The notes: generated by a model not told the origin, from the sequence alone. 64,000 bases of DNA from Lytechinus pictus (GCF_037042905.1 NC_087251.1:28398001-28462000), one strand, 5' to 3'. Shown: positions 25,573 through 39,029, counted from the first letter of the stretch. Translations and numbers: made by a program.

Positions 25573-25759
25573 GTAAAAGATGGAGATATTTTCCAGACAC
25601 GTGGAGAGGTTTGCCATTGACTGTGAAATGGCCACTGCCATTTCGCAGTCAATGGCAAATCAATCAATGATCCAATGAATAATGGTTTGAAAGATAACAA
25701 GTAACCAATCAGAATTATTGTTCAAAATTTACTTTTATCCCAAACCCTTGTGTTATTGT

Positions 25760-25995
25760 TATGATGATAGTAATACTAAGTATAATAAGAAGAATAATGA
25801 TTGTCACAGCATAATTAATGATAATGGTTGTAATGATAATCATAATGGTGATAATGTTATTGATGATGATTATAATGATAAATAATGATAAAAATAGTAA
25901 TAATAATCAAAATAATAAATATAATAAATTGCAATGATAATAATAATAATGATGATAATGATAATGTAATAATAATAATGATAGTGATAATGATA
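25760..25995. repeat. Degenerate (ATA/GAT)n low-complexity tract
   Basis: Runs of taa/tga/gat triplets. Confidence 0.8.
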
Positions 25996-26040
25996 GTTGG
26001 CTCATTTTAAAGATTATCATTATCTTCTTAACTATTTTAG

Positions 26041-26192
26041 GATCACTTCAAAGATGCCAACTCCGTTCAGCAGTCCTTTACTAGAATCCACCTCCAAGGA
26101 ATCAAGGTGGATGGCCAAGACATCCCACAATCTATGCTTGATTGTATGGCCGAGAGGTTTATTGTTGTCATGGAAACAAAGGATTCCCACAG
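26041..26192 (+). CDS. SYNE1: Exon, rod
   Basis: ttag|..|gtacac; DHFKDANS...KDSH(R); phase 0 to 2. Confidence 0.88.
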
Positions 26193-26716
26193 GTACACAC
26201 AATATAGAGTCACAGTGGCAGGTCCAACTAGGTTGGATAAAATACAATTTCAGGGTCAGCATTGTGCACAATAGTTGGCCCCTTTAAACTGTTGTGTCTA
26301 ATTTTGCTGGATCTTTGCCTGAGTCAGACACTAGTACTGTGCACATTGGGAAGTAAGAAGGTACACAAACAAAATGTGACAAATTGGAGACAATCTAATT
26401 AATAATCGCTAGGGGGTATTCATTTGTCTCGCAATCTACTATGGTCAACAAGGAAATTCGTGATCACTCTTGCAAAATCTAATTAATGTATTAAAAAATG
26501 TTTTATTTCTCATGAAATTGCACAGATACTTTAACAGGAGATATATATATATTTAATTGTTATGTATCATAGATTGTCAAACAAAATCTTTATTTCAAGA
26601 GTTTTGATTTGATTATACAAAAGTGTATAATGAAATATCATTTTCCCCCTCACTATATAGAATGATATGCCAAGCAAAACTTTTTGTTCAAACAACCCAT
26701 GGAAAAAATATTTATA

Positions 26717-27268
26717 TTATATTGGATGGCTCAGAATGGAATACAAGAAATATTCTAAGAGTTCAGGAAAATATTCCACGAATCGCAGATGAGTGGAATA
26801 TTGGCCCTAACGAGTGGAATATTTCTGGTATTTCATGAAATAACGCTATCCAATATAATTATCATTTATCCCACCCCCCCCCCCAAAAAAAAGAGGGAGA
26901 AATTTGATTTAACAAGTAATATCAGTTATCACATTATGCCATTATCACTTCATGGGATCATATTTGGTCGTTGACATGCGACTTGCATGTAGTTCATTAC
27001 GACGTCATGGAGCGTAGTTGTGCTCTATGCTGCGCATCGCATTGCTTTCATTGTTGTACGCATTGTATATTTCACGCATTCGCGCCTGTGCCCTAAACTG
27101 TTGAATAAGCTCTCATATTCAATAGCTAACTTTGTACAGGAGCCTATGGGATATTCGTCAGATTTCGGTCCTTTTTAGGGATACATTCTGATGCTGCACG
27201 GGCAATTGATGCAGACCAAAAATATGCGTTTTTAAAGCATCGCTAGAACACTCTATATAGATGATAAT
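26717..27268. mobile_element. Hairpin-capped non-autonomous element (Crypton-like architecture)
   Basis: Foldback 26717-26858 (TTATATTGGATGGC / GCTATCCAATATAA; AATATTCCAC / GTGGAATATT), then ATTATCATTTAT inverted with terminal ATAGATGATAAT. Confidence 0.55.
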
Positions 27269-27378
27269 GTGAGATATCTCTTAAAACATGAAAAATGTCA
27301 TTCATTCATAGTTATTACTGGGTGTTTTGTATTTATAATTATTATAGGATATTAAATGTAATCCCCTCTTACTTGCAG

Positions 27379-27511
27379 ATGGCACCTTGAATACGAGGAA
27401 ATTAAATATCGTCTGCTGGCATTTGTTGTGATGGCAGAGAAGAAACTTCAGACATGGACTGTGAAATATGGGGATGCGCAAGAAGTGAAAAGATTACTGC
27501 AGAGTTATGTG
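27379..27511 (+). CDS. SYNE1: Exon, rod (nesprin-1-diagnostic segment)
   Basis: tgcag|..|gtaagc; WHLEYEEIKYRLLAFVVMAEKKLQTWTVKYGDAQEVKRLLQSYV. Confidence 0.93.
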
Positions 27512-27954
27512 GTAAGCTAGCAAATTTATATGTTCAATTAAACTCTTATTATACAATGTTATTCTATGTATGGTTTGCTTTAGCATGTGTTCTATATTGC
27601 AAAAATAACATTACTGCTATTGCATTTAGTGTAAAAAAGCCCCAAAAGAATGCAAAGGTATATATATGAAAAGTTACAGAGAGAGAAAAAATAATAATTA
27701 CAAGAATTATGTTACAAGAGAAAATAACACTTTGATCAAAATAATAATTACAGGAAGGTACATGTATGTTACAAGAGAACACTTTGATCATAGTTGCTGC
27801 CTTGGTATAGGGATAAATTCACCTGTGTTATGTGATACTTTGGGTGTTACAGGAAAGAGTTATTGATAATTATCTATTATCCCCAAAAATCACAAAAGTC
27901 TATTTCATATTGTTTTGTCACTTATACTGTATATATCACCTTTTTATAATGCAG

Positions 27955-28051
27955 GATTTTGTGGATTCTGAGAACTTCTTTGAGCAGTATGATCAGACAT
28001 TTAAATTACTGGAGGAAGCCACTGGAATATATGTTGCCAATTTGAAACATG
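27955..28051 (+). CDS. SYNE1: Exon, rod
   Basis: gcag|..|gtaaga; DFVDSENFFEQYDQTF...NLKH; phase 0 to 1. Confidence 0.9.
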
Positions 28052-28149
28052 GTAAGAATTCTCTCAAGATATGCTCAGAAATAAGTGGGTTTCTTAGGAA
28101 TCAAGTTTAAAATCATGATTCAAGATTTTATATTATTATTCCCACACTG

Positions 28150-28270
28150 AAATTTACCCACATTATACTGCACTCATCCCAGGTGAGGTGAATGGGTGCC
28201 TTGCAGGATTAATTACTTGAATGCACCAAGCGCCTTTAGCAGCTGGAGCTACATCTGGGGTAATATATAG
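28150..28270 (+). mobile_element. SINE body fragment
   Basis: AAATTTACCCACATTATACTGCACTCATCCCAGGTGAGGTGAATGGGTGCC matches the SINE body at 17830-17890. Confidence 0.6.
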
Positions 28271-28552
28271 TGCGCCATTAAATTGGCAACTAGATAATCG
28301 TTGCCTCATAAATATAAATATAATTATTGATATCATACATACTACTTAAATTGTAGATATGTTCTATATTAAAAAAATCTTAAAATATCAAATTCAGTTC
28401 AACTTAATATTTGATTGAAATGTGGGGTTCTGTTTAAAAAAAATAGATGATTACTCTTTAAAAGTATAGATTAGTAAAATGAAAGACAAAAGGACAGTTT
28501 GGCATATTGGTCACTGATTCCAGAATATTTCTTTTTCAAATGTATTCTACAG

Positions 28553-28758
28553 CTGAGGAAAAAGAGGTTTGCAAGCGATTTGTTGTTGATATGGAATTGA
28601 AAAAGAAGAACTTGACAGTTGAAGTAGCATCAGTCAAAGCCATGTTGGAGAAGGTCACTGAGAATTGGAGGTCATACAGGTCAGAGGTCATTGACCTCCA
28701 ACCTTGGTTAAAGGAAGCAGAGAGGATTATCAGCCATGGAACTCAAGATAATAAAGTG
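28553..28758 (+). CDS. SYNE1: Exon, rod
   Basis: acag|..|gtaaga; EEKEV...ENWRSY...PWLKEAE...DNKV. Confidence 0.92.
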
Positions 28759-29266
28759 GTAAGAAGCTTTTCGTGTATGGAATTTTAACTTGTTGCAAAC
28801 TGGAACAAATTTAACCTGTGGGAATAACAAAAATTAAAAAAAACTATTGGATGCCAATAGTGACTACTTTAACTGATTTAATTGATATTTTTCTTTATGA
28901 TTTTCCTATTTTTCCTGTTTGGAAATTTATGTGTACATGAGTTGCTCTTCATATTATAATTTTGTAAACAAAACACTGATTTTCCATACCATGTATTATT
29001 TATCCTATTAAAAAAGTATTTCTATATCTTATGCATTACTACAATATGTACTGGTTAGTTGCAATGTTTTTTTGGAAAAGGAAAAGTTTACAGATATTGG
29101 AAAACTGTTTTGTACTTGTAAATAAACTTTTGCTATATTGTACGTGAGCAATGTAAAGTTTAGGGACAGTAGTTGCTACCTCTCTTTCAATTGAAATAAT
29201 GTTTTTCTGCTTGAATTCTTATTTTGGGGGATTTTATTTTTCATTTTATTCCAAAAAATTCTCTAG

Positions 29267-29428
29267 GCATTTTTTGCCAACCTAAATGAGATGACTCCAA
29301 AATACACTGCATTGAATCACCATGGAAACTTCCTTGTGGAGACCTGCAAGCCAGACGTGTCACAAGAAGTTCAGCAACAACTCAATCTACTCAACACTAA
29401 ATGGAACCAAGTATACAGTCAAGGAAAG
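29267..29428 (+). CDS. SYNE1: Exon, rod
   Basis: ctag|..|gtacgt; AFFANLNEM...GNFLVETC...SQGK. Confidence 0.92.
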
Positions 29429-30151
29429 GTACGTACATTGGTTCGATTGATATGAAATCTTGTGGTACTTGGAAAGCCAAGAAGCTTTGCAATTCATTAC
29501 AATTCACTCTCATGGATATTGTTTGTGAAACTTTTCATGATCAATATGGCCTGATTGTAGATAATGGTGTCACAATTAACCTGCTTGAGAGAGAGGCCTT
29601 TGTTTATTTACCTTTGTTAACTCTTTTTCATCTTCTATATTTATTAGTAATTTGTATACTTTGGGAAAGGTATTTGTGCACTGACTTATTGATAGACTTA
29701 GGGCCTTTTGACATGTGAATCTTGAATCATCATTGTAATGATGATTGCAATCGTCTTTAGAATCATCAGACCTTTCACACAGAAAATTTGTACCGTAATT
29801 TGAGTGAAACTTATCTGGAATTCACCTCCGGAGTAGAATTTGAATTTGTGATTGTTTGGTTTTACACGTGCTAAAAATTTGTCATTAGCCTTATTTTTCA
29901 CTTGAATCATCATTCAAATTATGATTTTTTAACCGTGTGAAAGGGCGGCTAATTCAGTGCATGTTTACACATTTAATAGCTTGATCTTATTTTTTTGTCC
30001 GAAAATATGACTTCTGCTTCTACTTGTGCTATTTACAATATAGTAATGTTTATTATAATGATGATGATGATGATGATTGTGGTGGTGATGATGAAGTAAA
30101 AAAAAAATTATAGTTATAATATAGATTTGTTTAATAATATTATTTTTTTAG

Positions 30152-30307
30152 ATGTATATGCAGACTGCAGAAGGGGACAAGATAAGGAAAGAGTTTGACA
30201 GTGAACTATCATCAGTGAGTTCATGGCTTGAACTCTCTTCCCAGGCTTCTAAGAAGGTTGTACCTTGTACGCAGGAGGCATTGCTCACCAATCTGAGGCA
30301 ATTGGAT
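30152..30307 (+). CDS. SYNE1: Exon, rod
   Basis: ttag|..|gtaagt; MYMQTAEG...RQLD. Confidence 0.88.
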
Positions 30308-31112
30308 GTAAGTTCAAGATGAATTTGCCTATCAACTTTATTTTTGAAAGGTTATACAGTACTCATTAGTTTAATGTTGGCATGAATGCCAATAAATGAT
30401 AACAATTTAATCCATCATGAATGAGGGAAATTGGTAAGAATGTCAAATAATGCTGTTTTTATATTCATGGAAAGCTTTATGAAACAGACACCAGATATCT
30501 GAGAAATTTGACTTAATGGATATTTCTTTTTCAAGGAAAAGTTAAAGTTAAAATTAAAGTTATGGAATGTAAAAGTCTTGTGTGGAAAGTTTGAATAACA
30601 TAATGACATTTCTAGCTTGCACCCAGTAACTTAGTTGACATGCATGTTCTGATAATAATCATTGGAACCCAGCGGTATTACAATCTGTAATCTACTTCTT
30701 TCGAGGCAGTGATTCTAACACCAAGCCATTAATGGACCATAGTATATGGTAGTCCCCATTAAATAGGAACAAATACTTTAGCTCCTTTGGTTTTACTCTG
30801 ACTCGCATTCAAAGTCTACCATGGAATGTAGAATGGACTGATGAAGGCTTTCTTGGAAAGTTCAAATCAAATAAAGACTTGTCTTGCTTGCTCCCTGTGC
30901 AATTCAGAAGTTTCTTTCAATCATGACATGTTATTCTTAAAAATACTGCAATGCACAAATTCATGACACTGCTAATTTAGAAGACAAATTCCACAACCTA
31001 TAGGTAAACTTTTATGCTTTTTTATCAAATATTTATTTGCAGAAAATGCATAAATTGCATAAGATGTTTGTATGTAAGAAAATTAGAATTTAAGAATTTT
31101 TTGACCCAACAG

Positions 31113-31261
31113 GAAGCAATCGGGGAGGTCTCAGGTCAAGAGCGTTCCTTCAAACACCTCTCTGAGCTAGCCCAAGAGATGGTTAAATCATGCTCTCAGC
31201 AACAAGCAACTCAAATACTGGCTGCACTCAGGCACGTCAAGGAAAATCTCAAAGATGTCAA
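31113..31261 (+). CDS. SYNE1: Exon, rod
   Basis: acag|..|gtaagt; EAIGEV...KDV(K); phase 0 to 2. Confidence 0.9.
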
Positions 31262-31521
31262 GTAAGTTATATTTCACATATTTCTTTCCAAATCATGAAT
31301 TAGTCATCACCATTTTCACGATGTGTATACATGTATGATTTTTTTAGTATGAAATAAGTGCCAAATTGCTAAAAAACCTAATAAAACTTGTTATGCACAT
31401 TTATGGCAGAAAGAGTCTGCAGTTATTGCATCCTCCATGTTCAATGATGTGCAGCGTATATTGCAAACGCAAACATTTTGAATTAAAATTATTTCTATCC
31501 TAATGATTTTATTGAAAATAG

Positions 31522-31690
31522 GGAATCAATGCCTGAGAGGAAGAGAGTGATTGGTGAGATTCTGAAACTGATGGGTCAGTTTGAAGATGGAATGGGAGCA
31601 GTACAAGATTGGATCCAAGAAGCAGAAAGACTTCTTAATGAACCAACCAAACATGTTTCAACTATGAACATCACACTTAAAAAGCACAAA
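31522..31690 (+). CDS. SYNE1: Exon, rod
   Basis: atag|..|gtaagt; ESMPERK...DWIQEAE...KKHK. Confidence 0.9.
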
Positions 31691-32551
31691 GTAAGTCCAT
31701 TTTTATTGTTAAGTTTTCTTTTATAATTTAACAGATAGGTTTGTCATAATTTTTTTTGTAATTTGAAGTGAAGATTACTCAACATTATTCATCACAACCC
31801 TTGAGGCTTGTGGGACAGCATTTTCTTTAATTATCCTGTATATACTTGTAAATTTTTTTTACTCATTGTTTTAGGCATTGAAAGAAACTTTACATTCAAT
31901 TGAAAATCAAGTGTAAGTCCTAAAATCAAGCATAATTATGCTTGAAAGTTGAGTTACAATTAAATGCAAATCAAGTCAAGCTTTGAATTTAGTCAAAGTA
32001 CCTGTAATTGGTTTTGATTTGGCAATGAATACAAGGTCCTTGCAATGCTCTATTAGTTTCATAAGGCACCCGACCAAAGTCTGTGCCATGTATTTGAGGA
32101 AGAATCCTGTTCAGTGTCTTTTTCTGCAGCATTCCTGCATCCATCATCAGTGTATTTTTTACGATGAAATAGGAAGACTATGAAAAGCAAGAAGTTGGAT
32201 TCCCCCTGCAGAACATGGCTCGGAGTCATTCCTTGCAGTTATTTCTGGATGCTTTTATCATCTTGCAGGGCTGCCTTTTCAGGAATGCTGGAATGGTTTC
32301 ATAATTGTTGTAAATCAATATAATTTTATGATTATCTAAAGAATATTCCCATGATTTCTAAAAATCTTCAGATATTGTAATTGTAAAAAAAAAATCTTCT
32401 GTCCTTATGATTTCTAAAAATCTTATATCCTTATGATTTCTAAAAATCTTCAGATATTGTAATTGTCAAGGACCAACTTAGGATATACTTGATAAAATAA
32501 GATATGAAACACATATCTAAATTAATCCTGTTTTGTTTTTATTAAATTTAG

Positions 32552-32695
32552 GACCACTTTGCCAAGGCACCTCTTGTTCAGGTCAAACTGAAGGAGAAAG
32601 GTCACATTGTAACTTACATCATCAACATGAAATGTACCTACATTGATACCACCATCATGGAGTCTCAAGTATCAACCCTCAATATCAGAGTGGAG
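32552..32695 (+). CDS. SYNE1: Exon, rod
   Basis: ttag|..|gtatgt; DHFAKAP...IRVE. Confidence 0.88.
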
Positions 32696-32904
32696 GTATG
32701 TATCATAACTATCTCATAATCTTTTAAATGATGAGTATCAGTCACCTTTGATTTTACAGAAAAGGAAGAACACAAGTGAGAGAAGACAAGTTTTTAAAAT
32801 AATACAAAGGAAGACATTTGCTGTGTTCTAGGATGACCAAATAAAAAAAAATCAAGGAGAATGGGTGCACTCAATTGTAAATAGTTATATCTATTCAATT
32901 TTTT

Positions 32905-33052
32905 ATTGTTATTAGTATTATGATTATTATTTCTGTTATTATTATTGTTATTATTATTATTATTATTGTTATTATTATTATGGTGATGATTATGATGATG
33001 ATGATGATGATGATGATAATGATAATTTTAATGATGATGATGATGATTATGA
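32905..33052. repeat. (ATT)n/(GAT)n microsatellite
   Basis: Directly visible. Confidence 0.9.
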
Positions 33053-33455
33053 TTCTTTTCGTTTCAGGGAGGGGGTGGGGGTATCTGCATTGATATAAGT
33101 TAAAGTCATGCTTCATGACTTCTTGAAATAGGTTTGATAATTTTCAAAGACAAAGAATACAAAAGCATTTAGATGACAATGTACATGTATGTGCAACTTT
33201 TATGGCATGTAGGGATATTGATAATTTTACAAAAAGGAAAGGATGTGAAGAAAACTTTAAGTGCTAGAATAGAATATTGAAGGCCTCAAATATAAAATCA
33301 CAACCTCTAGGTAAAGTAGATTATTTTGAATATTAAGGACTTTCAAAACATTGCAATTGGTTCAACATAAATGATTTACATGCTGGATAAGTTAATTGTA
33401 TCAGTGTATTGATATGAATGTTAATTCATATATGGATATTATTGTTAATGTACAG

Positions 33456-33623
33456 GACTGTCTGAGGAAAGAAGCAAATTTTGAGAGCCAGGTCTCAATA
33501 GACATGGATAGCTGGTCTAGATTTAAAGCTCATGAGGCAGAGTTGAAGAATTGGCTGACATTGGCTGAGAAAGAACTACAGGTTAGACAGGGTACACCAA
33601 GGCAACAAATGGAAAAACATAAG
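33456..33623 (+). CDS. SYNE1: Exon, rod
   Basis: acag|..|gtaagg; DCLRKE...NWLTLAE...EKHK. Confidence 0.9.
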
Positions 33624-34116
33624 GTAAGGATATACAATCTGGGGAACCTTTCTTAGACATCCCAATCATTTTTTACTTTGAGGAAGGAGTCTGATTTTCG
33701 AACACAACTATTAAAATTATGGCATTTGAGTGGAAAAAATGAAGAAATAAAAGGAAATTGTAGAGTATATTCAATCTTATGTTTCATCAAGAACATTATA
33801 TCCTATTCGTTGAATGATTGAAAGAAATATATGAAAATTTAGCAACAGTGAAAATGAATTGCGTGCCTGTACTATGATTCTTTAGAAGAGATAATGCAGC
33901 CCTCTCTAAATATTGATGGTTTATTATTTTACAAATGTTGTGCTTAAAGTAGCTCTGCGAATGGACATCCTGAAGATTTTTGACCTGCACTTCCCAAAGC
34001 AATTGACCAGAATGAAAAAAAAGTTTCACAATAGCTAGCTGTACTCACCTATATTTGATAGATTTTGTGGTACCAAACTTTGTACCAATAATATACTTGT
34101 CAATTGTTGTTTGAAG

Positions 34117-34251
34117 GTTATGTTTGAGGATGCCGAACCCCAAGTGATGACAAAGTTCTTAGAAGTCTGCCAGACTCTATTCCATGCTTTACCAGCTGAT
34201 AACAGGAAGGAGGTAGAGACTAGGATGAATATACTTCAAGAGAGATATCAG
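34117..34251 (+). CDS. SYNE1: Exon, rod
   Basis: gaag|..|gtttgt; VMFEDAE...ERYQ. Confidence 0.85.
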
Positions 34252-34768
34252 GTTTGTCAACATTTATTCATTGCATGCTACATTTAATGTAATAGTGTTT
34301 CAATATTCTTTTCTATTTTTTTCGTCTTTTCTGTGTTTTCTTTCTTCCTTTTGAGTGCCTTGAGCATTGTTTTAAATGGAAGTAGGAATTTATGATATTA
34401 TTATTATTATTATCATTAGTGATGTTATTATTTTTGTTATTATCATCATCATCATTGTCATTTTCATCATCATCTCTGTCATTATTATTATTCTTGTCAT
34501 TATTTATTTTTATTTATATCTTCCTAAAATTCAGCATTTTGGTAATTTCTAGCTAGAAGCTGAACATTTGAAAAATTTATTACAGAATACTACCCTTTAG
34601 GAATTATTCCTTCTCTATTCCATTCTGTTCCATTCCTATACAGATTCTAGTTTTAATCCACAAAAAGAATTGAGACTAGATTCGTAAAGTAATTATCAAT
34701 GAGTTGCTATAAAACCAATTTCATTTTCACACAAATTGTTTGGAATATTCTGATCATTTGTCACATAG

Positions 34769-34930
34769 ACTGTTCACAAGGAAGCCCAAAGGAGAGCAAA
34801 TGAATTGCAGTTTGAAGATGTTTGCATTCAGCTCAAAGATCAATTTGATGCTGCTGAGAAACAACTTGATCTTGAGAGACAAGCCTTGAAAGCAGATCAA
34901 CCTCTCGAGAAAGTTCTCCAGGAACATCAG
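34769..34930 (+). CDS. SYNE1: Exon, rod
   Basis: atag|..|gtaggt; TVHKEAQ...QEHQ. Confidence 0.88.
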
Positions 34931-35181
34931 GTAGGTCTCTTTCCGCCTTTGGTTTGTTATGTTCCCACCATGTATTCAGGTAGTCTATCCTGTTTTCATT
35001 CTTGGACAATACTTGGTAATTGTTCAACAGATCAACTTCAAACTTGGTTCCTTTATCTTATAAGGAGTGACTTGTGGGATACAGGGTCAAAACTCACATA
35101 GTCATTGTATATGAAAGTAGCCTGTTTGTATTTTTCTTTTAGGTTGCAGTCTTCATAATTATAAACTTATTATTCTGATGA

Positions 35182-35267
35182 TTTTTGTCTCGCCTGCAGA
35201 GCGAGACTATAGGCGCCGTTTTCCCGATGGCAACGGCGTCAACATTGAAATCTTAACCATGGTTAAG
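35182..35267 (+). mobile_element. 5' fragment of the same family as 23122-24301
   Basis: TTTTTGTCTCGCCTGCAGAGCGAGACTATAGGCGCCG..CGTCAACAT..AAATCTTAACC. Confidence 0.8.
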
Positions 35268-35536
35268 GGAACCCGTTTACATGCAAATGTGTGAAAAGAC
35301 ATAATCCCACCGCTGCCACTAAAAAGCATGGATGATTTGGGTGCAACATTTGAGTACATTATGATAGGATCTGATTATGTAATAACATTAGATTTATATC
35401 AGACAAACCTACATCCATAATATCAAGTTTGGAGGGATGACAAGATGGTATCAGTAATAAACAACTTTACTGGTGATCTTTTTTAAAACAAATTTTGTAA
35501 AGATATTGGTATCCATGTTGTTTCATTATGGTACAG

Positions 35537-35760
35537 GAGTTCTTCCAAGACTCTCACTTGTTGACAGCCCTCGCTGGTAAGATGCATGTCCTGGATACCT
35601 TGCAATCTCAGATGGCTAGGATGAACCCTCAACAGGCTGCACAGATGGCCCAAGTCTTTGCTCAAAACCAGCGGAGATATGAACAAGTACTAGAAGGAGC
35701 TGAAGGTCTAGAGAACAGACTAAGCCAAGCACCAAAGAGATGGAGGCAGTATGAAGAAGA
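35537..35760 (+). CDS. SYNE1: Exon, rod
   Basis: acag|..|gtaaga; EFFQDS...RWRQYEE(D); phase 0 to 2. Confidence 0.9.
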
Positions 35761-36215
35761 GTAAGATATTTACTTCTCTAAGGACACTTAATTATCATTC
35801 ATAAACTATATGAATACTTTTACCCATACCTGTCACAGAATTGAAGTAAAATGGACCAAATTTTTGCCATGCTACTAATATTTACTTTATTTGTACCAAA
35901 CAATGAAAATTTGATCTAAGGCATTTTTTTCTAAATTTTTTGTCTACATTAAGTATTACTGTTCTTAAGATTAATTTAATGGATGAATATTCAATGAATG
36001 AATGACTGACTCACTAACTAACTGACTGACTGAGTAATGAATGAATTTAATCTTATTGTTCTATTATATTACCAATATCTGTGCACTTTGAACTATAAGT
36101 TTAAGGTTTTTAAAGTCCGCCTAGGAATCGGTGGTGTTTTTCAACAACTTGTATAGGGACATTACAAAATAAGGAATAGTTTTCAATGTGTTACTTGATC
36201 ATATTCTTTTTTCAG

Positions 36216-36321
36216 TATTGGGAGAGTCACAACGTGCACCGATGCAATGAGATTTACTTTACAGGCTTTAGAAGACGCTGATACTGTAGATGATACAGAA
36301 CAAGCTGCATCTAGTATTCAG
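36216..36321 (+). CDS. SYNE1: Exon, rod
   Basis: ttcag|..|gtagaa; IGRVTT...SSIQ; phase 2 to 0 restores frame. Confidence 0.87.
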
Positions 36322-36835
36322 GTAGAATTCATTCTCAAGAAAAATTCATAAAAACAATTAGGGAAACTGAAGGTTATATGCTTGTTTTAAAATTGTGGGG
36401 TTTGTTTGTGCCATTGAATTCACACTTTTTCTGTGGATGAGTAGAAAGTGATATCTATTGCAAGTACAGTAGTAATGATCTCAGGAGTTAAGTGCTCAGT
36501 TTTGAAAATAGAAAACCACAAGACTAGTGATATGTGTGAAATAATAGAAGACTGAAACCTTTTGCATCCACAAAATTGTCACAGCATAGGTTATTTTGTC
36601 AAGATAATGTCTTAGTAAATGAAGCTGACACAAGATTGATATTTCTCGCATGCTGAAGTTTCCTTCTATACAAATCCCTGCTTACAATGCTTTTTGCAAA
36701 GATTCAAGCTGCAATTACCCAAATCTGTACCCTCTTTATAGTTGAAGTTTATTAGTTTGATTTTATAGATTTTTAATAGCTTAAGTAATTTTGTTATCAT
36801 GTACAAAACTTGTCTATTTAATTCTTTGTTTGCAG

Positions 36836-37156
36836 GACTTTCTTGATGCCAGTCTCATCTCCCAAGACATACTTCGCCAGCTTCAAGGTGATTTAGCAGA
36901 TCTGAGTGAAGACATCCCAAAAGAAAAGGCCCAGGAGCAGCGAAGCAGGTTGGATACCGTGTCTTCCGATCTCGTTGCCACAAAGGCATCACTAGAGAAT
37001 GCTTCCAGTAAGGTGTCTTCAAAGAAGATATGGCTGGAGTACAGGGATGGCAGTCAGGTTCTTAGGAGTGAATTGGATGATGTCAGCAAGCAAGTGAGAG
37101 AAACTAGCACCTGGTGTGATGTCCCATCATTGGAAGAGTGTTGTAAGAGGCAGGAG
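36836..37156 (+). CDS. SYNE1: Exon, rod
   Basis: tgcag|..|gtatgt; DFLDAS...KRQE; 321 nt. Confidence 0.9.
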
Positions 37157-37635
37157 GTATGTATGGCACTCATCTATACTGGTTAACAGTTCAGTTTGTA
37201 GGCCCATACTTGAAAGAAATTATTTTAGTTATGGACACACAAGCATTTTTGATTCCTTGATGGGAAAAAAGTTTCACAGTTTTATCTTCTAATCAATATC
37301 ATTGTGATGCCATTACCCTAGATTGATTGATGGAATTATTATTTTGTATTCCTTCTTTATCTTGCGGGAATATGGTCCCATCCCAATGATCTTATTGTAT
37401 TGTGTCTTCCACCATTTTGTCACAATTGAACTGACTGTTGTGCCATAATGGATCAAGTATGATATTTTAGTACTCCAAACTTTTATAATCAGGAAAACTA
37501 AGACGTACTTGTAACTACTAGTTTTATTGCTTTACCCAAATATATTTAAAATGTTTAATATGATTTATGGAGGTGAATATATTTTATGGTATTTTTTAGG
37601 AAATACTATTACAAGTTTTTTATTGTTGATTACAG

Positions 37636-37812
37636 GCTTTGGAGGATACAATGAAGGGATTAAAACCAAAAGTTGACGAACAACTCCAGAATGGTCAATC
37701 ACTTCAGAAAGAGCCAGACTGTCCAAGGTATGTGAGTGAGCTGACCATCATACTGGATAAAGAGTGGACTCAAACAAAGGAAGAAACTCAGCAGCAGTCA
37801 CACAAACTCAAG
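37636..37812 (+). CDS. SYNE1: Exon, rod
   Basis: acag|..|gtcagc; ALEDTM...HKLK. Confidence 0.9.
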
Positions 37813-38271
37813 GTCAGCACACCACTTAGTTTGATTTAAATCGCTTTAAAAAATTGAAATATACCTATGTATATCTTTGGAGTTACTGGCTTTTCTTTCT
37901 GGCACCCATCTGCACCACAAATAATTTTACCACAAGACAGTAGATGTATGGATTGACTATCGCTAGAGTAGTAGAAGTTGGTCTTTGTCCATCATTCTTT
38001 ATTATGATTTCTTGCAATCTAGAATTAACAACGTACTTTTCCCAAGGCCAGTTTGTGAGAAAAAAAATCCATGAATAAATCTGAGAGAACTTCTTAGTCA
38101 TTAGATCCAGTGTGTTTCATTTATTTCATGTGTTCTGATAAATGTGAATTTACAGACATGTATTATATGTAAATAGTTTTTGTTGTTCTGCTCTGAAGCG
38201 CCTTGAGCATCTAATCAAAATCAAATCTATACAAATCTCATGTATTATTATTATCATTATTTATTCAACAG

Positions 38272-38418
38272 GAATGTTCTATGGTGTTTCCCAAGTACGA
38301 GGAAGAGAAGAAGCATTTTGATGACATGACATGTGATTGTGAAGCTGAGATCAGTAAACCACTTCCTCCCCCTACTCCTGGCAAACAAATTGTACAAGAA
38401 GAGGTTTCCAGCTGTCAG
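38272..38418 (+). CDS. SYNE1: Exon, rod
   Basis: acag|..|gtaagt; ECSMVF...SSCQ. Confidence 0.87.
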
Positions 38419-38853
38419 GTAAGTGCTATTTGTCTGCTTTAAATCCACTTGGTCTACAAATATCGGTCTATTTCTCAGATTGTCTAATACTTTTGAAGGC
38501 ACCATGCAATGGAAATAGAGTCATTTATGCATTTTTTGGTACTATTGCAAGAAGTATAATCCATGAAAGAGAAGAAATTATCTAGTATTAAAATACATAA
38601 CCTTTCCGTATTCATCATTGAATGTAAAGTCTGTCTAACAATGCTTTGTACTTGATTAATGTATCATTCTTGAAGTCATCATACTGGGAAATTAGACTCA
38701 TTTATACATTTTTCTGTATACTTTGGCAAAGAATATTGCCCATGATGGAGCAGAGCTCTATTATTAAAAAACCTAATCTTATAATTTGGTGTTAGGTACA
38801 CTATGAATATTATGAGTTAATCAATAGGTTGAATTATTAACTTTCTTTCATAG

Positions 38854-39029
38854 GAAATATCCACCTCTAATGAGAGATGTAAGTCGATTCTTACCAAGCT
38901 GGACCAACTTGCCGAGCAACTCGCCCCTGTAGCTCCTACCCCTGTTTGTGAGACTATTCATAAGGACATCATTGACAGGCAGGCCAAGTGTACAAATATC
39001 AAACAGGAGCTTGATAGGAGACTAGCAAG
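38854..39029 (+). CDS. SYNE1: Exon, rod
   Basis: atag|..|gtaatg; EISTSN...RRLA(S); phase 0 to 2. Confidence 0.9.

Noticed and set aside
25343..25700. Minus-strand ORFs overlapping exons (also 40971, 43157, 49734, 58860)
   Set aside because: Antisense shadows of the + strand coding exons with no recognisable protein features.
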